Of a stretch of 64,000 bases of DNA, positions 35,115-44,999 are shown one piece after another; the first letter of the stretch is position 1, and each line of letters opens with the position of its first letter. Source of the DNA: an uncultured virus (IMG/VR IMGVR_UViG_3300020474_000006). Lineage: Duplodnaviria; Heunggongvirae; Uroviricota; Caudoviricetes; Kyanoviridae. The position numbers were made by a program, and so were the translations under genes. Location of the stretch: positions 1 to 64,000 of the IMG/VR virus record IMGVR_UViG_3300020474_000006, one strand, 5' to 3'. The notes under the pieces were generated by a model, which was given only the letters and a program-made list of their open reading frames with translations, did no database searches and was not told where the DNA came from.

Positions 35115-36763
35115 TAGCGATATTCCCACATAAAAGATCTATCACCATATTCATCTGCTTTGAACCAAGTATCTCCTTCACCATCAACAAAACTGTTATC
35201 ATCTAAACCATCATTTAAGAACCCAAATGGAGCCATGTCCTGTTCTATTTGATTTTTCTGTTCCTCATACAATCTCTTACGAACATCTTGATCAGTCAAC
35301 TCCTTAAAGTAATCCATCTGGACTAACCAGGCATAAATGACAAGACACATTGCTAAGTCATCATTGCACCCTTCCTCAGCTTCAAATGAATTGTGTTTAG
35401 ATATAAATGTTGTTAGTTCAGAAATAATCTCATAATCATTAAAGATAACTTTATCTTCTTCTATAAGAGTCTTAAGATTAAGTGATCCAACTTTTTTTAC
35501 AGTCTTGGACATCTTAACTCCCAATTGAGTTTTCTTACCAGAGAATCCCTGTCCTACAATTTGACCTGCTCTACCTCTCATGGAACACATGAGAAGATTT
35601 TGATATTCAAGATCATACTGTAAAATACTTGCAACCTGATCACCAATATCATTAACTTCGCATAAGATATATGCACTATTATAATTTTTTGCTATTTCGT
35701 AAATAATATTTGGAAACAACATTGGTTTGATATCATTGTTTCTATATTTTGCAACTATCTTATGTGGAAACTCTGTGATATCTACAACTACGAATGCTGA
35801 GTAGTCTTCTCCAACTCCTCTAGCAACGTCAACTGTCATAACATAATCGTGATCCTGTATTGGATTTTCATACACATCCAATCCAGCATTTCTTTGTATT
35901 GGATTGTCGTATATTAAAGTTCTCAATTTACTTGGAGCAATCAGAGTATTGACCGATCCTAAAAATTCACACTCAAACTCAACTTTGAATTGTGCTTCTG
36001 AGGTATTTGCAATTGTAGTCTCTTTCCACTTATCATCTCTACCAGGAACTTCTGACCAGTGGACATCTGTTGGAATATATTCATTTTTACCTTTTTCAGC
36101 ATCGTGCCACATACGGTAGAAATGATTCATACCATGTGGTGTAGATACAATAATTACTTTGGTGTTTTTACCAGAAGTAATAGTAGGATAAACAGATGCA
36201 AAGAACGAGTCTGCAACATGGTTTGGAACGAATGCGAATTCGTCGAGGAAGAGAATGTTAAACGACATGCCTCGGACAGCACTTGCAGACGTAGAAGCTG
36301 CCAATATCTTACTGCCATTTTCTAACTCCAGAGATCCTTTGTTCCATGCAATAATACCCTGCTGCATCCATTTGGGCAAGTTCTCATATGCAGTTTGTAA
36401 TCTTCCTAGAAGTTCTCTAGCAGTTGCTGCTTTGTTAGCAAGGATGCCAATATTAACAGAGTCATTGAATACCGCATAATGAAGAAGATAAGAAACAACT
36501 GTAGTACTTTTGCCAGTTTGACGGGGCATTTTACAGATGTTAAATCTATTCTCATGAAAATTATTGATTAACTTTTCTTGGAAATGATATGGATGAAACT
36601 GAGTAAGACCCTCATCCAAAGAAACAATTTTTATATATTTGTTAGCAAAATAGACAGGATCTTCTTTGCATCTCATAAACTCAAGAATTTGTTCTTGAGT
36701 AAACTCGATTGCAGTATTTGCTTTTTTTAGATTGGGATTACCAAGATATACATTATCAGACAT
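35114..36763 (-). CDS. gp17: terminase large subunit
   Basis: YLGNPNLK, PRQTGKST, FLDEFAF, STPHG, DVARG, DDLAM. Confidence 0.98.
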   Translation of the reverse strand: MSDNVYLGNPNLKKANTAIEFTQEQILEFMRCKEDPVYFANKYIKIVSLDEGLTQFHPYHFQEKLINNFHENRFNICKMPRQTGKSTTVVSYLLHYAVFNDSVNIGILANKAATARELLGRLQTAYENLPKWMQQGIIAWNKGSLELENGSKILAASTSASAVRGMSFNILFLDEFAFVPNHVADSFFASVYPTITSGKNTKVIIVSTPHGMNHFYRMWHDAEKGKNEYIPTDVHWSEVPGRDDKWKETTIANTSEAQFKVEFECEFLGSVNTLIAPSKLRTLIYDNPIQRNAGLDVYENPIQDHDYVMTVDVARGVGEDYSAFVVVDITEFPHKIVAKYRNNDIKPMLFPNIIYEIAKNYNSAYILCEVNDIGDQVASILQYDLEYQNLLMCSMRGRAGQIVGQGFSGKKTQLGVKMSKTVKKVGSLNLKTLIEEDKVIFNDYEIISELTTFISKHNSFEAEEGCNDDLAMCLVIYAWLVQMDYFKELTDQDVRKRLYEEQKNQIEQDMAPFGFLNDGLDDNSFVDGEGDTWFKADEYGDRSFMWEYR

Positions 36764-36770
36764 AAATTAC

Positions 36771-38459
36771 TCAGCAATTCCACTTTCTAAGTGATTTATT
36801 AATTCTACTATCAGGATCTCTTGCGGTTTTAGCAGAAGTTAATTTACTTTTCATTCCCTTCATTCGAGCGCAGAAGGATGCCCTCCTGGGATTTCCAACC
36901 TTCTTGCTTGGTGCCTTAAGGTCAGATCCTGGATTTTCCTTTTCATAAGACTTGCGTCCTTTTTCGTTGAGTCCACCTTCTTTATTTTTTCCTGATTTTT
37001 TTGTCCATGCTGCTCCTTCTGCAACTTGGAGCAATGGTTGTCCTGGGACATAATCGGCGGTTTGGTAACTTTGTACTCTTGCGCCAGGATAAACTTTGTC
37101 TACTTCAATCTGTACTTCTGCTCTAGTAGGAACTCTGGTAGAAGGGAAGAACATTCTAAGTACATAATATCTACCTCTCCAATTGAGAGATGTCATAATA
37201 ATATTGCCAGTTCTAGATGGCATTCTAACCGCTTCACTCATTGGTTTTACATAATTCTTATTGGGACCTAGTTTGCCACCGTTGCCACCTCTAGGTTTAT
37301 CACATGGAGACATTCCATGAACAGGACAATCTTCACCTTCATGAGTGTGGTTACACCCTTTCTTTTCATCAATTTGTTCAACTTCTTCTTTTTTGACACA
37401 GTTTGGATATCTCTTTCCAAACATGGTCTTCATGCCTTTCTTTTCATAACCTTTCCAACACTTTTCATCGAGTTCGGATCCCGATGTATCAAGTTCAAAT
37501 TCTTCCTTCTTGGATTTATTTCCCCAGTTCTTTGCACCTGCTTTTCTGCATTTGACTAGTGCTCCTGACGCATATGCACTTGGCCATACAGAGTAACGTG
37601 ACTTGACCTTATGATAGCAAGCGTCTTTTTCCCCCGCTGCTTCATCAATGTCGATCTCATCACCTACTTCTACATTATTTTCTACGAACCATCCACGGTT
37701 TACTTCCAAAGCACAAATTACCTCTCCATCAGAAGCAACTGGACTTTCCTCATATGGTTCTAATTGTTTGATGCTTTCAATAATACCTTCCTCTGTAATG
37801 AATGCAATATCAAGAGGAATTTTTGTTTCTGTCATATGAAAAGACTGATTTGCAACTTCATCAAAGATGAACAACATCCCACTATTAATATCCAAACTTT
37901 CACGGAACATAAGTCCCAGATTAAAATCCCTAATATTATTTGGTATTTCAATTTGGAGTGGTAAGGTTGTAAATTCTTCAGTCTTCACGTTGATTGCCTT
38001 CCCTTTTCTATTTGGATTTGGATCTTTTGCATTCTTTCTACGAAACGCTGCTTGCTCCTCATCTTTAGAGAGATTGCGTTTCATTTTTGAAGAACCACAC
38101 TTTGGTTTTGTGGTTTGTCCTGGTTGCTTGGCACAAGGTTTTCCAGCGTATTTCCCACCCAGTTGAACCCAACCAGGCTTGCCATCACTAGACTTACTCT
38201 TGCCAAACCAGTCACGCAGAGAAGAATCACCACTTTTCGATTCACTTACTCCTCCACCATTACCATTACCATTGGAACCATTACCATTACCATTAGAACC
38301 ATTATCATTCTTATTCTCATCATCATCTACAGAATGACCATTCTCCTTACGGAGATATCCGGCACGACCTACTGCCTTAAATCCCTGAGGGATTGGTTTA
38401 CACTTTTTATCGGTGTAGCAATAGTATTGTCCAGAAGGACATTTACCGTTTTTCTTCAT
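36771..38459 (-). CDS. modular late protein (DUF192-like domain plus several small basic Cys-containing modules, C-terminal DUF6321-like)
   Basis: GLMFR..GMLFIF..FHM..IPLDIAF..LEVNRG (DUF192-like, aa ~163-272); C-terminal GGLNEKGRKSY...RRASFCARM...SLRKWNC. Confidence 0.8.
   Translation of the reverse strand: MKKNGKCPSGQYYCYTDKKCKPIPQGFKAVGRAGYLRKENGHSVDDDENKNDNGSNGNGNGSNGNGNGGGVSESKSGDSSLRDWFGKSKSSDGKPGWVQLGGKYAGKPCAKQPGQTTKPKCGSSKMKRNLSKDEEQAAFRRKNAKDPNPNRKGKAINVKTEEFTTLPLQIEIPNNIRDFNLGLMFRESLDINSGMLFIFDEVANQSFHMTETKIPLDIAFITEEGIIESIKQLEPYEESPVASDGEVICALEVNRGWFVENNVEVGDEIDIDEAAGEKDACYHKVKSRYSVWPSAYASGALVKCRKAGAKNWGNKSKKEEFELDTSGSELDEKCWKGYEKKGMKTMFGKRYPNCVKKEEVEQIDEKKGCNHTHEGEDCPVHGMSPCDKPRGGNGGKLGPNKNYVKPMSEAVRMPSRTGNIIMTSLNWRGRYYVLRMFFPSTRVPTRAEVQIEVDKVYPGARVQSYQTADYVPGQPLLQVAEGAAWTKKSGKNKEGGLNEKGRKSYEKENPGSDLKAPSKKVGNPRRASFCARMKGMKSKLTSAKTARDPDSRINKSLRKWNC
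38256..38303. repeat. 21-bp tandem duplication built from ACCATT hexamers (Asn-Gly linker)
   Basis: ACCATTACCATTACCATT(G/A)GA x2 plus ACCATT. Confidence 0.85.
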
Positions 38460-38480
38460 GTTAGCAATAGTTCATAGAGA

Positions 38481-38488
38481 TATTTATA
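38481..38488 (-). promoter_or_regulatory. late promoter
   Basis: TATAAATA exact, upstream of the 562-aa gene and gp17. Confidence 0.88.
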
Positions 38489-38493
38489 AGATA

Positions 38494-40404
38494 TTATCCG
38501 TCTAATGCCACAGTAAGACCAAGAGTCATACCAGGTAGTGACTGCCAGGATGTTCCATCATAAAACTCAAGTTTTAATGATGTTGTATTGAAGATAATAG
38601 CACCTTGCGAGAAAGATCCAGCATCCCTAGCAGTCGTTGTATATAATGGTGGATAGAATGCAGTAGATGCCTTAACCGTTGAAGCAGTTACAATTCCGGC
38701 ATAATCAGCACTACCAGAAGATAAGATTGTTACTCCAACTCCAGGACCACTTTCATAATCATATCCAACATTTATTTGAGTTCTAGCAGTTACAATACCA
38801 ATAGAATCAACATTAATTTTATTTTCAGTTCTGAGTGTTCCACCAATAGTTACATTTCCATCAACATATTGATCTCCACCAACATAAAGTGCAAAATCAG
38901 TTCTGGCAGTTGTTGCAATACCAACATTTTTAGTAGTACTAACACCAATAGTATCAGAGGACCATGTTCCACCAGCTCCAACACCACCACCATCCTCAAC
39001 TTTCCACTTATTAGTGGCATCATTCCACTTTAGGATATATCCATCCTGCAATCCAGAAATGTCTACATCGTCAAGATCTTTGATGAATCCTGCACCACCG
39101 CCACCGATAGATCCAAGTTGATATTGTACCCTTTCTACAAATCTTTTGTAATGCTGTTGTAACTGGTCTAGAGTAACAAAATTTTGATCCAGAGGAGTTA
39201 ATGGATCAGAGTTTTTAATATCAGGGGGATCTTCTCCAAGAGGAACATTTGTTTCTGCTAAAAGTTTTTGCTCTTCTTTCAGTTGTTTCTGAGAAGACTT
39301 GATATCTTCAATAATTTTATAAAGACCTTTAATATCAGACTTCACATAATCAAGGTCTTTATCATAATATTTGACTTCAGGAAGACCAGAAATCTCTTCC
39401 TTCAATTCAGTAAAATACTTGAGAAGCAACTCATCAGTTTTTACACTGGTGTAGTTAATTTCTTTTAGTTCTTTGTCAAGATTTTTCTTAAGTTGATTAT
39501 ATTCTCCAACAATTTGTTTCTTTAGTTTGCGATCATCATCTTTAAATTCTTTATGGTATTCCCACATCTTTAATGATGAGGATCTCAATTCCTTCCAAAT
39601 TTTATCTTTCTCTTCGTCAATACGTTCGTTTACTTTTCCATCAAGATTAATAATATCTGAATTAATCTTAGTCGTATTGTTAAAATATTTTGCTTCTACA
39701 TCTTCAGAAAGTTGTTCGATGTCATACTCAATCTTTCCTCTCAACCCTTCAATTTTATCACTAACTTTTACGAAATCATCATCAATGATACTAAAAGTTT
39801 TACCTATCCAAGAAAAATCTGGGACTTCATTTATTTCATTAACCCATTTAGGAAATTTTGGGATCGATGATTTTACCTCATCAATAGCTCCACAAATTGC
39901 CTCAATCTCAGCATCATAATATTTTACTTCGGGTAGGTTGACTACATCAGTTTGAAGACTATCAATTCTGTCTTCAATGGCGGTTACTTGCTCATCATAA
40001 TATTTGACTTCTGGAAGATCTTTGATTTGTTCTCTTACCAGATCAATCTGTCCACATATTGCTTCTACTTCTCTATCGTAATATTTGACTTCTGGAAGTT
40101 GAGAAATCTGTTCTGCAAGATCTTCAAGTTCTCTATCATAATATTTGACTTCTGGAATGTCTGGGATGTCTTTTCTGACATCATTAATCAGACGAATTAA
40201 TTCGGGAAATGGTGGGATAATATCTTTTACTTCTGCAAATGCATTCCCATCAGCATCTTCAATAGTTTGTGTTCCTTCTTCTATCTCAATATAGTCTTCT
40301 ACAGAAGGGAGTTCCTCTGCGTTCTCTTCTGTAATATAATCTTCTATTGATGGGAGACTTTCATCTCCACCAAAATCCTCATATGAGGGTAAATCCTTTG
40401 ACAT
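38494..40404 (-). CDS. coiled-coil repeat protein with fibre-like C-terminus
   Basis: 3x LPSxED(F/Y), 5x PEVKYYD, long heptads, then GGGG-LDDVD and beta-rich VGIATT segments. Confidence 0.8.
   Translation of the reverse strand: MSKDLPSYEDFGGDESLPSIEDYITEENAEELPSVEDYIEIEEGTQTIEDADGNAFAEVKDIIPPFPELIRLINDVRKDIPDIPEVKYYDRELEDLAEQISQLPEVKYYDREVEAICGQIDLVREQIKDLPEVKYYDEQVTAIEDRIDSLQTDVVNLPEVKYYDAEIEAICGAIDEVKSSIPKFPKWVNEINEVPDFSWIGKTFSIIDDDFVKVSDKIEGLRGKIEYDIEQLSEDVEAKYFNNTTKINSDIINLDGKVNERIDEEKDKIWKELRSSSLKMWEYHKEFKDDDRKLKKQIVGEYNQLKKNLDKELKEINYTSVKTDELLLKYFTELKEEISGLPEVKYYDKDLDYVKSDIKGLYKIIEDIKSSQKQLKEEQKLLAETNVPLGEDPPDIKNSDPLTPLDQNFVTLDQLQQHYKRFVERVQYQLGSIGGGGAGFIKDLDDVDISGLQDGYILKWNDATNKWKVEDGGGVGAGGTWSSDTIGVSTTKNVGIATTARTDFALYVGGDQYVDGNVTIGGTLRTENKINVDSIGIVTARTQINVGYDYESGPGVGVTILSSGSADYAGIVTASTVKASTAFYPPLYTTTARDAGSFSQGAIIFNTTSLKLEFYDGTSWQSLPGMTLGLTVALDG
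39913..40158 (-). repeat. four coding repeats (I/L)PEVKYYD (fifth copy near 39361-39384)
   Basis: aa 83, 103, 130, 157; DNA core CCAGAAGTCAAATATTA is conserved in most copies. Confidence 0.9.
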
Positions 40405-40447
40405 CTTATTAGTACATTAATACTTCGGGATTTCTCTCCCTTCCAAT

Positions 40448-40882
40448 TTATTTAGGATCCTCCTTAAGTCCATCTTTCAGCATTTTTGCTAAGTCCGCAG
40501 TAGATCCAACAAATAGAGCGTTATTCACGGTTGATGGTCCTTTAACCTTTTCCTCTGCTTCTACGTCTTTAAGTTTCTTTTGGAGGTCTAATAGTTTATC
40601 TGTAGCATCAGCAACGTTTTTAATTAACTGACCTGCAACTTCATATGCCCTTGGCATTTCACTTTCTTGTGCAAGTTCAAGAACTCCGTTTAATGCCTCT
40701 TGTCCTTTCTCGATGATAGAGTAAAGATTACCCCTAGTGTATTCATAATCTTTTTTGATATCATCAACACCTTCTTTTACTTTTTCAATTTTATCTCTAA
40801 TTACTTCTGGTTGAACAACATCACCCGAGTCCGAAGTGTCAAAAGTCTCGTTGAGTTTGTTGAAGTTTTTTGTCATAACCAT
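40448..40882 (-). CDS. gp16: terminase small subunit
   Basis: DYEYTRGNL, PRAYEVAGQL, NNALFVGST. Confidence 0.94.
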   Translation of the reverse strand: MVMTKNFNKLNETFDTSDSGDVVQPEVIRDKIEKVKEGVDDIKKDYEYTRGNLYSIIEKGQEALNGVLELAQESEMPRAYEVAGQLIKNVADATDKLLDLQKKLKDVEAEEKVKGPSTVNNALFVGSTADLAKMLKDGLKEDPK

Positions 40883-41880
40883 CAGAATGCACCATCAAAA
40901 CCAAAGTCATCACCAGATTCAATAAGTGCATTATCCGCAGGAGTGATTTTCTTAACATCTGCGCCATTAACATGAACTGCTGCTGTTGTATTATCTTGTC
41001 CACGTCTAACTGTTAATTTATTACCATTAATGGATTTGATATAAAGTTCCTCAGTACCAATATTAATGTAAGTATCTGCAGCAAGTCCGCTAGCATCAGC
41101 GACTTCGATGTAAATTGATTTAGCAGTAACATCTCCTGCAAGAGTGGTCTCAATATCTCCGGTATAATTTTTGATTGCTCTAGGTGTAGCAGAGTAAGTA
41201 TACTCCCTAGATGCACTTGAGGAATCTTTGCCCGTAAGATAAGTGACCGTTGCTTTTTTGATGATATCTTTGGAAACCTTGGTAGAAGGTCCAAACATAT
41301 AAGTTTTTGCAGTAAATCTTAAAGTGTAAAGAAGAACTCTTCTAGAACTAAAGTCTCCCTCATATTCATCAGACATTGTAATATTTTCTAATACTACAGG
41401 AATATCTCTTTTTTCTTGTAATGCTTCTACTAATTCTACAGATAAATTATATGCTGGTTGAAAATATGGTAAAATTTGTTCTACGATTTGAAGCGCATCA
41501 TCATTTAATTTTGTCATGATGCTTAACTCAAATGCCATATTATATGGAACTGGCATGTAAGATTTTTTTGTCTCAGACCCATCATTAGGATCTTTAACTG
41601 TAAAGGTTTGAGTTGTTGTTACTTTTCTAGCTGGATCATATGTTAACCCAGTAAACTCAAAAGACATCCTTGGCAAAGTGATTGCAAAGGGTTTGTTTAA
41701 ATCTGGAGACTGCTCTAATCTTGCAAGAAATTTTTGAGTAGGACCGTATGCAAGAGGAACCTTGATAACACTAAACACATCGTCGTCAGAATCAGACTTT
41801 TTAATTGAAATATTGTTAAAAAGTGTACCAAAAGATATGATGGTTCTTCTCAATATTTCGTTGTAAAAATATTCAAACAT
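40882..41880 (-). CDS. gp15: tail sheath stabiliser / completion protein
   Basis: FGTLFNNI, VPLAYGP, LPRMSFE, QILPYFQP. Confidence 0.95.
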   Translation of the reverse strand: MFEYFYNEILRRTIISFGTLFNNISIKKSDSDDDVFSVIKVPLAYGPTQKFLARLEQSPDLNKPFAITLPRMSFEFTGLTYDPARKVTTTQTFTVKDPNDGSETKKSYMPVPYNMAFELSIMTKLNDDALQIVEQILPYFQPAYNLSVELVEALQEKRDIPVVLENITMSDEYEGDFSSRRVLLYTLRFTAKTYMFGPSTKVSKDIIKKATVTYLTGKDSSSASREYTYSATPRAIKNYTGDIETTLAGDVTAKSIYIEVADASGLAADTYINIGTEELYIKSINGNKLTVRRGQDNTTAAVHVNGADVKKITPADNALIESGDDFGFDGAF

Positions 41881-41921
41881 AGTTTAATCCTACAAATCCT
41901 GACACTATTGTGTGTTTTTAT

Positions 41922-43352
41922 TTAGGGGGTGCCGAAAGGATTCTGTTCTGAGAAGTCTAATATGGAATCTGCTTCAGTTTCAATGTTAATATTATCGGCA
42001 AATCCATCATCAGCAGGTTGAACATCAACAACTCTAAGTTCATAAGAAGCCCCTGATGTAGAACCAACGATATTTTCTCCAATAGAAAACTCTCCATCAA
42101 CCGTTCCAAGTTCAAGATTGTTAGTTGTCGCATTCCAAACCCTAACCCTACCTGTTGTTCCACTAATAGATCCAGTAACAATTTCATTGAAGGAGAAAGT
42201 TCCAGATCCGCCAGCACCAGGAGAAGAAATAGTTATTGATGGAGCGACAGTATACGCAAGACCTGCATTAGTGATGTGAATTGCTGAGATGGTTCCAGCA
42301 GCACTAACGACTGCTGTGGCAGCAGCAGATACGGTGGATACCCCAGTAATGGTAACCACTGGATTCTGGGTGTATCCTCCACCACCAGAAGTGACTGTAA
42401 TGATACCAACAACACCGTCACCGATAGTTGTCGTTGCAGCTGCACCAACACCGTTAGTTCCACCACCACTAAAAGATACAGATGGTGCTATGGTGTACCC
42501 TGCTCCTGAATTGACGACGTTAACTGCCTGAACAGACCTATCCTTAGGATTAACATTCAAATTACATACATTAATCCCACCAATCATGGTAGCAATACCT
42601 ACAGCAGTCGTTCCTCCTGCTGGAGCGGAAGACACGCCAACTGTAGGGATGCTACTATACCCACCACCTCTATTTGTAATAGTGAAGAATCTTACACCAC
42701 CATTAAATATTGCTGCTGTTGCTGTGGCACTGGAAGCAGCACCTACAAGAGTAAGTGTTTGAGTTGGTCCTTGAATGGTATTAATGCCATCATCAGTTAG
42801 ACCATCATAATTTTCACCAATTAAATTATTATCAACATCTTCAATACCAGTTGCAATAACCTCATCCTGAAGTCTAAAGAGTTCACAATACAACTCATAA
42901 ACATAGAGATTTTGTAACTGATAATATGGTTTAGCGTATTCTACATCTTTAATTTCATAAATTCTATCATCAAGAGGGAACCAAATAAGGTCTCCTCCTT
43001 TGGGTCTAGTTGACAGTTTTACATTTGATTGATCTTGAATTAAAGGAGTTATATAGTTTTCAAATCGTTCTCTTGAAATAATCAATCTCACTTCATCCTG
43101 AGATTGAATACCAAACTTGGATAATATATTACCCGCACCAGAATATTGATCGTAGTTATCGATATATGCCTCCAGAGGAAGCGCAATATCAAATTTAGAT
43201 TGAACTACTTCTCTAATTACAGTATTTTCTGTTAAATATTTTCTGGGTAGATAAAATATATCCACTCCATATGTTCTCAACTGTTCATTAATTAAATCTT
43301 GAACAAGATTTTGCTCACCAGTAGTACCTTGTGTAAAATATGGATTGAGCAT
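41922..43352 (-). CDS. gp14: neck protein with inserted beta-repeat region
   Basis: LNPYF, YLPR, RPKGGDLIWFP, DFSEQNPFG; internal GxGY repeats. Confidence 0.92.
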   Translation of the reverse strand: MLNPYFTQGTTGEQNLVQDLINEQLRTYGVDIFYLPRKYLTENTVIREVVQSKFDIALPLEAYIDNYDQYSGAGNILSKFGIQSQDEVRLIISRERFENYITPLIQDQSNVKLSTRPKGGDLIWFPLDDRIYEIKDVEYAKPYYQLQNLYVYELYCELFRLQDEVIATGIEDVDNNLIGENYDGLTDDGINTIQGPTQTLTLVGAASSATATAAIFNGGVRFFTITNRGGGYSSIPTVGVSSAPAGGTTAVGIATMIGGINVCNLNVNPKDRSVQAVNVVNSGAGYTIAPSVSFSGGGTNGVGAAATTTIGDGVVGIITVTSGGGGYTQNPVVTITGVSTVSAAATAVVSAAGTISAIHITNAGLAYTVAPSITISSPGAGGSGTFSFNEIVTGSISGTTGRVRVWNATTNNLELGTVDGEFSIGENIVGSTSGASYELRVVDVQPADDGFADNINIETEADSILDFSEQNPFGTP

Positions 43353-43356
43353 AATC

Positions 43357-44199
43357 TTATCCTATCATGTCTAAAGGTGGAAGTTCATAAGTATTAGACA
43401 TCTGCTCCTTAATCTTATCTAATTCCCTTTCAGCATCATCATAAATTTGTCTGCCATTCAATTCAATTCCTCCTGGAAGTTTTACTCCTTGGAATTTAAT
43501 TAAGTTCTGACCCCACTGTCTTTTTATTAAAGCAGTAAGATATCTTTTTAAAAATGAATCATTATAAACCCTTGCAAAATCATTTGGGTCTAAAAGTCTC
43601 CAACAATCAAGTATAATATACTCGTCTTTTTGTACATTACCCCAATCAATATCCAAATATAATCTATCTTGTCTCTGATTAAATCGTATTTGTTTTTCCG
43701 TATTTAACAGAAAATCAATGTCAGAAAGATATGTCTTTGTCATTGCATATGACAACATTTCCAATGAATTGAAAAAATATAAGTCATTTAAAAATAACTG
43801 ATATTTTAGACTAAACATTCCACCGGATATTGTGCTATTATCAAACCTAAAAACTTTATTGATACCAATTACTGCTGGCGGAACTTGAATGTAATTACTA
43901 TTTTCTTCGTATGAAAATGTTACACTAGCTCCATCAATATTAGAACTTGCGGTTGTAGTTACAATTCCTGCAGTGCTACTACCACCTCTCGCTCTACCTC
44001 TATCTATATCGTCTTGTGTTATTTTATATTTTAAGTACGTTTGAACTACCCCATCAAAATGCCTTTCGTGAAATAGCTGAAGGGCATCATCAACTAGATC
44101 ATCTATTTGCTCATCGGCAACATTAATCTCCAGCACTGGTGCTCCCAGTTGCCTCTTACAATAGTTAATTAAATCTGCTCTACTTGCTGGTTGCGCCAT
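43357..44199 (-). CDS. gp13: neck protein
   Basis: LGAPVLEINV, QWGQNLIKF, LPGGIELNG. Confidence 0.95.
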   Translation of the reverse strand: MAQPASRADLINYCKRQLGAPVLEINVADEQIDDLVDDALQLFHERHFDGVVQTYLKYKITQDDIDRGRARGGSSTAGIVTTTASSNIDGASVTFSYEENSNYIQVPPAVIGINKVFRFDNSTISGGMFSLKYQLFLNDLYFFNSLEMLSYAMTKTYLSDIDFLLNTEKQIRFNQRQDRLYLDIDWGNVQKDEYIILDCWRLLDPNDFARVYNDSFLKRYLTALIKRQWGQNLIKFQGVKLPGGIELNGRQIYDDAERELDKIKEQMSNTYELPPLDMIG

Positions 44200-44225
44200 T
44201 TATTCCACAAGTTTCCTAAGTGTAT

Positions 44226-44612
44226 TTAGGGTGCTGCTGATACTGGATTATAAACATATATATTGCCATTAGCAAGAGAATAAAAAGTTCCTCCTGCAGC
44301 AACAATTACATCATATACATATCTACCTTCATTCAAACTTCTAGTCGATGTAGATCCAAGTGAGAGTTTTATTTTACCGTCATATGCACTAGTGAAACCA
44401 ACAGTAAAGGATGTTGTAATCCCAAGTGTTGCCCCAACGGCAACGCTTTTAGACATTGCTGCTGATCCAGTATATCCAGTAAGATCAAATGCCGAGTTTG
44501 ACGTTGTATAAACGTTTAGATTTGCATTAAAATCTGAACCGCCTTGAATAGTCAGGTTTACTCCATATGGCACACCAGAGTCGGGGTCAAAAGTAATATT
44601 TTTAGTTGCCAT
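44226..44612 (-). CDS. hypothetical virion protein
   Basis: NLTIQGGSDF...DLTGYT...GRYVYDV Ig-like pattern. Confidence 0.75.
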   Translation of the reverse strand: MATKNITFDPDSGVPYGVNLTIQGGSDFNANLNVYTTSNSAFDLTGYTGSAAMSKSVAVGATLGITTSFTVGFTSAYDGKIKLSLGSTSTRSLNEGRYVYDVIVAAGGTFYSLANGNIYVYNPVSAAP

Positions 44613-44784
44613 CTACTATTCCTATTAGTTTCATTGTTTCTTGCTGCTTATAATAAAGTTTGCAAAAAGACTTTGCAATATTCTTTAGTTCATCACGATT
44701 ATCACAACTATCTATCTCTGATGCTACTTTAGTGTATGCAAACTGTTTTGATAGGTTGTTTAGTTCGATGCTATCTGGATCCAT
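44602..44784 (-). CDS. small hypothetical protein
   Basis: 60 aa, overlapping both neighbours. Confidence 0.7.
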   Translation of the reverse strand: MDPDSIELNNLSKQFAYTKVASEIDSCDNRDELKNIAKSFCKLYYKQQETMKLIGIVDGN

Positions 44785-44998
44785 GTAATAACTCCTTTAG
44801 TAGTGATTTAATCTCATCAAGTTCACCCTTCACATTAGCAAGATCTTGCTCGATTGTTTGTACTTTTTGATTCTTTTCATTCTTAATACTTTTAGTAGAA
44901 AGATATTGAGAATAATCCAAACCATTTACATTGATAATTGCATTGGTTTCAGGATCTCTTGCGAGATCCTTATTCCCATCTAGTTCGTAGAAATCCAT
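44771..44998 (-). CDS. small hypothetical protein with C-terminal coiled coil
   Basis: LARDPETNAIIN...ELDEIKSLLKEL. Confidence 0.75.
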   Translation of the reverse strand: MDFYELDGNKDLARDPETNAIINVNGLDYSQYLSTKSIKNEKNQKVQTIEQDLANVKGELDEIKSLLKELLHGSR

Positions 44999-44999
44999 A

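Noticed and set aside
39913..40158. CRISPR-like repeat array
   Set aside because: The repeats are in-frame coding motifs with unequal spacing; no cas genes or leader.
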